A stretch of 11,462 nucleotides of DNA from a bacterium (GTDB taxonomy: Bacteria > Muiribacteriota > UBA6191): NCBI GenBank assembly GCA_036339875.1, contig JAYZAC010000004.1, positions 1 to 11,462 of the forward strand. The letters are read 5' to 3'. The notes beneath the pieces were generated by a model. It was not told the origin of the DNA and ran no database searches. It saw only the letters and a list, made by a program, of their open reading frames with translations. The position numbers and the translations under genes are program-made. Below, one piece after another: positions 1 through 9,200 of this stretch; the first letter of the stretch is position 1, and each line of letters begins with the position of its first letter.

Positions 1-576
1 CTTCCAATACTCAGAGCAAGAATCATAAAAACCTTTCAACTGAAATCTCTTGAGTTCATTATGAAAAAGAAGAAAATAATCTTTCGCGATACGTAATAAT
101 AGATCACTGTCAGGCTCTACCATTCCTTGATTTTCAAAAAACTTCTTCATGTCGAATTCTATATAAATTAGTTTCCATGGATTCACACCGGTAGAATTTT
201 TATGATTGCTAAATTTTGCTTGAAATGGAACATTGAGTGAATTCACAAGACTTACAGAACCACTAGTAGATACGATCATTTTTTTGTCTAATGAAAGTTT
301 AGATAATTCAACACCTTGATTTTGTTTAAGTCCATAAATGCTATCAAGCTCCTTGAGAGTCCTGAAAGGGGTACTGGATTGAAATATCGGATGAGTCGAG
401 TAGTAGGCTTCGCGCAGTCCACTAGAACGAAGAGTATTAAAAAACTTAAAGAGTGATCTTTCAGAAAATTCTTGCGGACTTGATTTTTTAGAACCTGAGC
501 ATCCCGCTAGGAATAGCATGATAACTACTAAACATAATAAGTGACTGTAAACACTCGAATAGCAACGTAAATCCAT
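1..576 (-). CDS. Putative lipoprotein with tandem NTF2-like (DUF4864/DUF4019-like) modules; 3' end truncated by the window edge
   Basis: Not in the ORF track; translated by hand from ATG 574-576, 192 codons with no stop down to position 1. Starts MDLRCYSSVYSHLLCLVVIMLFLAGC|SGSKKSSPQEFSERSLFKFFNTLRSSGLREAYYSTHPIFQ and ends PWKLIYIEFDMKKFFENQGMVEPDSDLLLRIAKDYFLLFHNELKRFQLKGFYDSCSEYWK. A hydrophobic stretch is followed by a canonical LAGC lipobox. An in-frame TAA at 589-591 bounds the start (alternative GTG at 582). The domain call is from motif resemblance only. Confidence 0.85.
   Translation of the reverse strand, partial: MDLRCYSSVYSHLLCLVVIMLFLAGCSGSKKSSPQEFSERSLFKFFNTLRSSGLREAYYSTHPIFQSSTPFRTLKELDSIYGLKQNQGVELSKLSLDKKMIVSTSGSVSLVNSLNVPFQAKFSNHKNSTGVNPWKLIYIEFDMKKFFENQGMVEPDSDLLLRIAKDYFLLFHNELKRFQLKGFYDSCSEYWK
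499..576 (-). other. Signal peptidase II signal peptide, lipobox L-A-G-C (Cys26 at 499-501)
   Basis: LLCLVVIMLF hydrophobic region followed by CTA GCG GGA TGC (LAGC, 499-510), then a polar linker SGSKKSS. Confidence 0.8.
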
Positions 577-585
577 AGACACAGG

Positions 586-618
586 ATTTTATCATATTGA
601 ACTAATGATACTCTTCAA
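586..618 (-). promoter_or_regulatory. Candidate sigma70-type promoter for the lipoprotein gene, overlapping a short inverted repeat
   Basis: Minus strand: TTGAAG (613-618, overlapping the pepN stop), 16 nt, TATGAT (591-596). An overlapping extended -10, TGaTAAAAT, has its hexamer at 586-591. Inverted repeat TATCAT-N9-ATGATA at 590-610. Such matches are common by chance in AT-rich DNA. Confidence 0.3.
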
Positions 619-3119
619 GCAAAAAACTCATTACGAATTTTCTCAACTTTTAACAAATAATCTCTATGCTCCAGAAGACTTCTCTTCAAACTTGAATTAT
701 TAACTTTAGGCAATAAATCAATCGTAAAATTCAAAGATTCTTTCAGAAAACTAGTTGGAAACATTACACGACTCATACTACGGCTAAAAATACGATCTCT
801 ATCCTTAAATACCTGTGGTAGCTTTTTAAAGTAAGCTTGCACCACGGGCTCACATTCTTGCCTCTGCGCTCGATGAAAAAATGAACTCATCGCCGCTCTT
901 AGGAAATCTGCCGAGTTTTTCTGATCAGACATTACTTCCTCAAACATCTGAAGTTTGTCTTTCCGCAAAGCACAGCGAACGGCGTGGGCATCTTTTTTAC
1001 CTGCGTCACTGTTATCGATTAAAAGCATTTTTTCTAAACAATCTTCTGTTCTTGGATGATAGTGAAAAGCTAGCTTCCGCAATAAAGACCATTTTTTCTT
1101 TGTATCCAATTCTAGACTCTTAAATGAGTTACTATCGATCATATCTACAAGTTGGTTAACCTCAGAAGCCGCATCACAGGCTATCAAATAAAGCCTAAAC
1201 CATTCACTTTTAACGTCATAGTGTAAGTCTTTTCTATCCAATTGAGCGAGGCATAGATTGATCATTTGTGGTGCCATACGTTTAACAATAGTTTCCGGTA
1301 AATAAGCGTAATAATACAAGATCGCATTCTCAATAATGGAAACCTTCAAGGAATCGCTCGCTTCCTTATCGAAAAGTGTTGCAAACTCATTAAGATAGTC
1401 TAAAGGGGATATTATTGAATCCTCAATCATGTTGAAAACGCAATTTAATAACACCTGCCGATCTAAAGGTTCCTCAAAATTCGCAAGCTTTTCAGGTAGT
1501 TGGAGCCAGGTTTCACGGTCCAAATATGTTCTTGCATAAGCATGGTCACCTTGATTAATAAATAAAAAAGAATCTTTATGACCCTCTTTTAATTCAAAAA
1601 CTAATTGCCTCTCGTCATCTATAAATACTTCCTTTTCATCGATTTTTTCCATATTGCTAGACTGAAATGCTTCAAGCCTTAGCTTGTGAGGACGAATTTC
1701 TGCGAATTCAGAGTTTTGTATTCCTTGCTTTAAATACACTTGACCGTCTTGATGACGCTCAAGAACTAAGGTGTTTACATGCGCTGTGTGTAACCATTTA
1801 TTAGCCCAGTCTTTTAGGGATATAGGGCTGAAGCCCTGCATCAAATCAAGAAAATCATTGTGATCGAAGTTGCTATAAGAATACTTTTTCAGTAACGCAA
1901 CTAGACCTTTTCTAAACTGTTCAAAACCCATTATAAAAATTAGCTGTTGAATCATACTCGCCGCTTTTTCATAAGTGATTGAATCAAAATTCTGAAAAGC
2001 AACATTCGTGTCTGGACATGGAGTTACAATAGGATGAGTTGAAGAATACTGATCTGCCTTAAGTGCTCGACCTTTCACTTCCTGCGTAAAGTGAAGCATA
2101 GACTCCTTAAACTCACTAGCTTGAGTCAGTGCATAGTAACCATAAAAAGTTGCTACGGATTCTTTCAGCCAAAGGTCTCCCCACCACTTCATAGTAATTA
2201 AATTGCCGTACCACATATGCGCCATCTCATGAACAACCGTATTATAATAATCCATTTGTTCAGAGCGAGTCGGCTTATGACGAAACAAGTAGTCCTCAGT
2301 AAATACTACCAGACCCGCATTTTCCATAGCGCCAGCAGTGTACTCAGGTACGAACACCTGATCGTATTTGTCGAAGGGGTACTCAATTTCAAAGTGCTCT
2401 TCATAGAAATCCATTGTTTGCCTAGATATTTCAAATAATTTTTCTGAATCTAAGTACTCCAACATACTTTGGCGACAGTAAATATTCATCGGTATACGAG
2501 ATTTAGGGTCTTCAATTACCGTGTATTCACCTGCGATAAGAGCAAATAAATAAGCGGGTAATGGCTTCGTTGGATTAAACAGTATGTACTGTTTATTAGC
2601 CTCTATGCGTGATTCGAATGGAATACAATTACTCGCAATCTCCCAATCCGCAGGGCCCACAACACTTAATTCAATCACTGATTTAATATCAGGTTGATTA
2701 AAACAAGGAAATACCTTATGACACTCAAAAGGTTCTAAGTCGGTATATAGATACGTATGTTTACTACCCGGACTAATATAACGGTGTAACCCAACTCCCG
2801 TTTTATCATAGCAGTTTGTAAATTCGACACGTAGAGTATGACTGCCAGTTAATCCATCGGCTGCAATAGTTACTTTATGATTTTCATGAACAAAAGCCAT
2901 ATCTTGTCCATTCAGCTGTACTCTGTGAACTTTTTGACTAATGCAATCGAGTAGCAGTTTTATCCAAGGATTTTTAATTTTTATCTGTAATTCAACCCAT
3001 CCATCGAAGGTATTAGCCTCTTTATCACTGATGTCCAAATGCACTCGCATATGGGGTACTTCCAGCTGGCGAAACCTCGCCTCCGCCAAATCTTGACTTA
3101 GGTTGTCTTCGACACTCAT
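615..3119 (-). CDS. pepN: Aminopeptidase N, peptidase family M1 (Zn-dependent), Streptomyces lividans-type, with C-terminal helical ERAP1-like domain; probably cytoplasmic
   Basis: 834 aa. GAMEN exopeptidase motif (2319-2333), HEMAH-X18-E zinc motif (H297, H301, E320; 2217-2231 and 2160-2162) and catalytic Tyr383 in NFDSITYEK. Also typical GVGLHRY, YLYTDLEP...VFPCFNQPDIK and YPFDKYDQVFVPE segments. No signal peptide. AGGAG Shine-Dalgarno (SD) upstream; TGA stop. Confidence 0.95.
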   Translation of the reverse strand: MSVEDNLSQDLAEARFRQLEVPHMRVHLDISDKEANTFDGWVELQIKIKNPWIKLLLDCISQKVHRVQLNGQDMAFVHENHKVTIAADGLTGSHTLRVEFTNCYDKTGVGLHRYISPGSKHTYLYTDLEPFECHKVFPCFNQPDIKSVIELSVVGPADWEIASNCIPFESRIEANKQYILFNPTKPLPAYLFALIAGEYTVIEDPKSRIPMNIYCRQSMLEYLDSEKLFEISRQTMDFYEEHFEIEYPFDKYDQVFVPEYTAGAMENAGLVVFTEDYLFRHKPTRSEQMDYYNTVVHEMAHMWYGNLITMKWWGDLWLKESVATFYGYYALTQASEFKESMLHFTQEVKGRALKADQYSSTHPIVTPCPDTNVAFQNFDSITYEKAASMIQQLIFIMGFEQFRKGLVALLKKYSYSNFDHNDFLDLMQGFSPISLKDWANKWLHTAHVNTLVLERHQDGQVYLKQGIQNSEFAEIRPHKLRLEAFQSSNMEKIDEKEVFIDDERQLVFELKEGHKDSFLFINQGDHAYARTYLDRETWLQLPEKLANFEEPLDRQVLLNCVFNMIEDSIISPLDYLNEFATLFDKEASDSLKVSIIENAILYYYAYLPETIVKRMAPQMINLCLAQLDRKDLHYDVKSEWFRLYLIACDAASEVNQLVDMIDSNSFKSLELDTKKKWSLLRKLAFHYHPRTEDCLEKMLLIDNSDAGKKDAHAVRCALRKDKLQMFEEVMSDQKNSADFLRAAMSSFFHRAQRQECEPVVQAYFKKLPQVFKDRDRIFSRSMSRVMFPTSFLKESLNFTIDLLPKVNNSSLKRSLLEHRDYLLKVEKIRNEFFA

Positions 3120-3124
3120 AAATA

Positions 3125-3129
3125 CTCCT
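3125..3129 (-). promoter_or_regulatory. Shine-Dalgarno sequence of pepN
   Basis: Minus strand reads CAGGAGTATTTATG: AGGAG lies 5 nt before the ATG at 3119. Confidence 0.8.
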
Positions 3130-3201
3130 GAATCTGCTTACTAAAAATGAAGAGCAGTTACTTAACAGAGTCTGGCTATGGAAGGCAAGTAAATTTAGAA
3201 A

Positions 3202-6200
3202 CTAATCTAATTTGATATCAGAAAGTATGTATGAACCGGCATCTGTACCAATCAAAATTTTGTGCGTTTCGTTGGTATTTTCAATCAGAGTTAGACTGTG
3301 AGTATTTAGCTTAACAGTATCATCTACTGCACTGAATGAAGTGCCACCATCCTGAGAACGGTAAAGACCTTGGTCAGTACCTATGTAAATTAAATGATTC
3401 AATGCATTACTAGAGGTAATTATCAGAGAGGTGAGAACACTAGGAGTAAAATCTGGAGTGATATTAAATATATTACTACAATCATTTGCTGCACGATGCA
3501 AGTCACCCTGAGCTACAAAGTATAGTCCATCAGAATCACTGACTATGCTAATTTGAGAAGCGGAATTCACACTACAACTCGAGTCGACAAAACTTAAATT
3601 GCTCCAATCTGACCCCGATGAACGTGCCACTCCGGTTGTGGTTGCCACAATAACATTTGAGGTATCTCCTGCAATAGCTGTAACGGTAACGATACCAAGT
3701 CCATCTGATGAGTTGACAAAATTAGATCCTCCATCAATAGTGTGAAATAAACCATGGTGTTCGGTTCCAACCAGCACGAAATCCGAATTACTTGGATGAA
3801 AGGCAACACTAGTTACATAAGTATTGCTGGTGGTAATTGGTAGCGACAGAGTACTCTTTGAACCGTTATATTCCATAGTGGATATCCCTGTTGTCTCACT
3901 ACCAACAAACAGATAATCCTTCATGGGATGCGGCTCCACAAAGGTATAGGTCGAAATAGGAGTGGCCGGGCTTCGGAGTAACCAGTTATCACTAGCTACG
4001 TTGTATTCATAAATCCACATTTCTGTTAAAGCCCAAACGGTGCTGAAGTCACTATATCTAGATGATACATAAGATATTTTAGCAGGAAAAATACTTGTCA
4101 AATCATTTTGAGTATACGGGCTTGCTGTTACATTAAGTATTTTGTGGAGGGCTGCATTCGAGCCAATCAATATTCGGTTAGAGTTATTACTCACTGCCGA
4201 GATTGCTGTATAATTAGAATCAGGGAAACCTGCACCTGTTGCCTGATGACTCTTATACCACGAACCCCCGTTATCAGTACTTTCAAAAATACCAGAGGTG
4301 GAAGCCATATAAATTACCCCTGCGGTTGGTCCAAAGGCAATTGCGTTAACGTCACCATCACTCAATGTATCCGACGTTACCGTGGTCAAAGAACTAGCGA
4401 AATCAGAACTTAAACTGGTAGATCTTAAAAATTGACTAGCAGAAATAATAAACATTGTCTCCGGCTGACCAGTTGGTTGCGATATCTTCAAAATGTTTGC
4501 TGTATTGGTTAGTATAGATGACCAGTTAGACCCACTAGAATTAGAATAGAATAACCCACTCTCCATAGCAGCGTACAAGCGCGAAGTATCTGTTTCAAAA
4601 AGTAGACTAATTGAATTACGATTAGCAGTGTCGGACCCATCTGCAGGGCCACTTACATTAAAGTTGGAAAAGCTCTGTCCGGTATCTAGAGATTTGAAGA
4701 TATTAACATCGGTAGCTACCCAAACATTAGTTGGATTGACACCGGAAAAATGAACATCATTGACAACACGAGAATCAAAAATATTCGAATCTATTTCTTG
4801 CCAGTTTAAGCCCGAATCAGAGGAGCGATATAAACCGTTATCTTTAGCAAGTAAAAGTATATTAGAACTTGCCATCTGGGGGTGCTCTGCAATGGCATTT
4901 ACCTTGGTATTCGGTAAACCTTGATTGCGATCGGTATAGATTTCACTATCAAATGCAATTTCACCAAAACCAGCGCGACCATAGACAAAAAATCTATTGC
5001 TATCATGCTTGGACTCTTGAATCAAACTGATCCCAATATTCGTCGTTTTCAATCCTGAAAATGAGCTCGTCAGCTGCTTCTGCCGTGCAAAACTATCAGC
5101 GAAAATCTGTGAGGTTACCGTTGGGGACCGCTTGTTTGCAAAATCTATCAAATAAAAGCTATAAGTATTCACAGAATTCGCATTCAGACTAGCTACATAA
5201 CTTGTGGTACCGCTAACAGGTATTTCGGAATGAAAAATACTATTTATATACAGACTCGTACCAACTTCTGCATCAATACTTAGAGTATAGGAGGAAGTAT
5301 CTGTTGTTACGTATTGGGGATTAACGACGGGTGAATCAGGAATACTAGCATCTATGCCTAATGTTACTCCTTGCATCGCCTCTACTGTTGCTGCCGGTGG
5401 CATCATGACATTACCAGCAGCATCATAAAACATGAGATTACTCAGTTGAAGTGGAACTTCCCTGTCGGCGTGATTTGTCGAAGCAGTATATAAACTCGTG
5501 TAAACTCCTGAATCAGTAGGATCTTCATTCCAATAAAGAGTCACACCATTGTATGTAGCACTGACAGTTCCTCCAGAATCTACACTGCTACCCTGTAGCT
5601 GAGGAGCAAATTCAAAATTAATAAAATCACCATTACTCAAATATGGAACCGCAGATGTAGAAGTGACGATCAATGACATTAGAACGGGCCTGGTAGCATC
5701 CACAATTCTTGTTACGCTAGTAGATCCTGGGGCACTAATGCGAGAGTTTACGTCAAGAGCCCTAAGATTAATCAAGGGAATTGATGTAGTAGGACTGGGA
5801 TGCCCCTCAACTACTGTATAAGTGGCAATCCATGTAGTTGGAGTACTACTTTCGAAAGATAGTACCTGCGAGTTAAATTCTGCTGTTACCGACGAGATCA
5901 AAGCAGTCGAAGTAAATGAAGCAACAAACTGCACTTGATCGCCAATCTTCAAGTATGTAGAACTATTTGGAACTGTATTATCTATGAGATTAGTTGTGGA
6001 TACGATATTTATTAAACTTGGTGCCTGAGTATCAATTTTCTTTAATATATCGTTGGTAAATCCTGTGGTAAAATTGCCAAAAGAGTCTGACACGACAAGA
6101 GTTGTCAAGTTGATAGGTGTAGCTTGTGAATTGTGGTCTGCTCTTACATAGTACGTGCCTACATACTGTGAACCATCTGAATTGGAATTAAATTCTAAAG

Positions 6201-9200
6201 GTATAGAACCTCCCGCAGTCTGATTATAATATGCCTCAACTGATAAACTAGAGTCTGGCGTGGTTAAGGTGAAAGTGAATTCTATCGAAGTATCATCAGT
6301 AGCATAAGCGTGATGCGTGTAAAGCGTTCCAGCTACAGTGGCATTGTGACTCAAAGATGATATGAATGGCGTATTAGCATCGAAAAGACGAACAACATCG
6401 GTTGTAAAAGAATTAGTTAGGCTATTTCCAGCTTCATCACTAGCATCTAAAACTAGTTCCGGATAATTTAATGGATCAGTTTGATCGGGATACCCTTCAA
6501 TGATTGTGTAAGTTGCTTTCCACGATGCAGATGTACCAGTCAAAACAAATTCAAAAGAGCTCGAATTAAACGTCCCCGTAATTGAATGAATGTCAGAAGC
6601 GAAGCTTCCAGAAGGAACTTCGAATTCGATAATTTCACCAACTTTTAGACGATCTGTAGTAGGTACACTGCTTATTGATACTAAATCGATGACTGGCCTT
6701 GAGGTATCAATAGTTATGGAAAGGGAGGTAGTGTATTCTTGAGACTGATTTCCGACAATATCAAAAGCATAAACATCACTCACAAATACAGTACCACTGC
6801 TACTTGGATCATTATTCTCTTGAACTACATAGAAAGCCTCCCAAATGAAAGGAGCGGTAGTGGTTGGACCAGTGAAAATCAACGACTCTCCATTGAGACT
6901 ACCCGCTATATTTTGGATGGGATCAGTACCTCCCAAAGTAGAAGATGGCGAGACTACAGCACTAATACGTAGACGATCTAAAATACCGATAGTCGTCATC
7001 GCTATATTTTCAGAAGTCACAGAAATGCTATCTAATTGGGGCCTTTCTGCATCTATTCCAATACCCATATTGACTGTAGATGTAGTCAAGGTGTTACCAG
7101 CACTATCAGTGACTATGACTTCAATTTGGTCAAAAGATACAAGGACTGATGGAGTAGAAAAGTCCGATACCGTATATGAGCCTCTGTAGAGATTAGAACC
7201 CCCATCAAAAGCAAATACAACAGTCGTACCTAAAAAATTTCCTGTAACGCTCAATAAGTCGTCACCATTCGTTAAATTGACTGGGTTGAGAAATGGTAAC
7301 TCCCAAACAATTGAAGCACCTATTCCAATGGTAGTTGGTGATCCTACAGTGTTTGATGGACTGACTATAATTGAATTAAAATCAGGTAAATTTGCATCTA
7401 TAAATTTTTCAAAATTAGTTGCTACCGAGAAAGGACCGGGAAGTATACTCGAAGGGTCAACCGGTACTCGTGATAACCTCAAGCCAATATCATTTGCACG
7501 GATGTTGGTTCCAATCGAATTTCTTGCAGCTGATCTCAAATCGTTAGCTTGACTACTCCAGCCACCCCCACGAGTGACTCTTTGAGAATCAGAAGTACTA
7601 GGACCGATAGGGTCAATTACTGAGTTAGTAGTGTAGGATGGACTGTAGACATCATAAACTAACTCGGCCACATTACCATGCATATCATACAAGCCGTAAG
7701 GATTAGAGAGCTTTTGCCCAACGCCCTGTGATTGAGAGTTAGAATTGAAGTCATACCATGAGTAATCACCAGTAGTGTTCACGCCAAAACTAAAGCTAGT
7801 GGTGGTACCTCCTCGAGCTGCATATTCCCATTCAGCCTCTGTAGGAAGTCGATAACAACCTGCAGGTACATTCAATGGCGAATATCGGGCTGTATCCGTA
7901 CTTAGAGATGTAGTGTCGCAGCCAGAAGCTTGGTTCAACTTATCCAAGAAGCCGTCCACTTTAGTTACGTCATGCCAACTAATAAAGTAGGCCGGATGCG
8001 AAGAGCTATAACCATATGTGGACGAAGGACTTTCAGGAGCGCTTGCTGGCCATGAGTCAGCACCACCCATTACAGCTTCCCACTGACCTTGAGAAACTTC
8101 ATAGCTTCCTATGTAGAAATCTTTAGTTAGTGTCACCTGATGTTCTGCAGTCTCATTTATTGCAGCACCGGAGGACGATAAAGTGGAACCCATTGTGAAG
8201 GTTCCGGAGGTAATTCTGTTAAACTCCATACCAAAATATGGATCCCTCCATACTTCTGTTTCCAAAAGGCTTTGTGCCAAGGATAAGTCGAAAAATTCAC
8301 CTTGATTGCCAGCCTCATCAAATAACTGCAAACCCTTAAGTTGCGAAAAGTTGAAAGCATCCAATTGATCCGTATGTCCCTTAACAACAGTATATGTACC
8401 TATGAAACTGCTACCTGCGTTAGTGGTTACAAAAGTAATCGGTATCGAGTTGAATTCACCGGTTAAAGAAATGGCATCAGTAGAGCTTTGGGTTGGGCTC
8501 ACCAGAAAAGTTATTTTATCACCAACTTTCAAAGTGCTACTAGAGGAACTGAATGAATAAGTTACGCTATCTATCACTGGACGACTTGAGTCAATGATAA
8601 AGTCGATATAGCCGGGGTCTGAAGATAAAGTAGATAGGGAACTTACAGGGCCGACTCGTCCTTCTGAATCCGTAAAGAAAACTCCCGTGAGTGCTATTGG
8701 TGCTTCCCTGGACATGTGAGATTCATCAACCGTGTATGTTGCCGAGTAAGCTCCGATAGTCGACATATAATTACCAATAAAACTGACCTCATTGTATTGA
8801 ATATTCAATGTCAAAGAACTTATATCTACAGGTGGTACGGTAGTTAATGCAGTCAAATCTCCGTAAGTTGGAAAAATTGTAAAGCTTACCGAGTCACCGA
8901 TCGCCAAGTAGCTTGTGGTAATGTTATGCGTAATCTGTCCAACTAGAGGCTTAAGTGTATCGATGTTTACATCTGTTATGAAAGGTGTCACAGTCATACT
9001 AAGCTGAGTAACTACATAGGAATATTCAGCCGATTGATTCAAACTAACTTCGTAAAATATAGTGTCAATCAATTCGATTCGATCAGTAATAATGACAGTA
9101 TCTGGTATTGCAAAATCGGTAGTCCAATTATTACCAACAGAAGCAACGAAAGTGAGTGGAACCCCAAATGCCTCACCCTCAATTCTATTCAACTCAGGGT

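Noticed and set aside
881..2438. Plus-strand ORFs 881-1123 and 2217-2438
   Set aside because: Short, antisense to pepN and without recognisable motifs; shadow ORFs.
3130..3201. Promoter (TTGCCT, 17-18 nt, TAAGTA) or terminator hairpin (CTGCT...AGCAG) between the giant gene and pepN
   Set aside because: The -10 lacks the conserved final T. The hairpin has only a 5-bp stem with a 14-nt loop and no U-tract.
7468..8250. Calling the FGE-sulfatase domain an active formylglycine-generating enzyme
   Set aside because: The catalytic Cys pair after RGGS is absent (RGGGWSSQANDL), and there is no sulfatase gene in the window.
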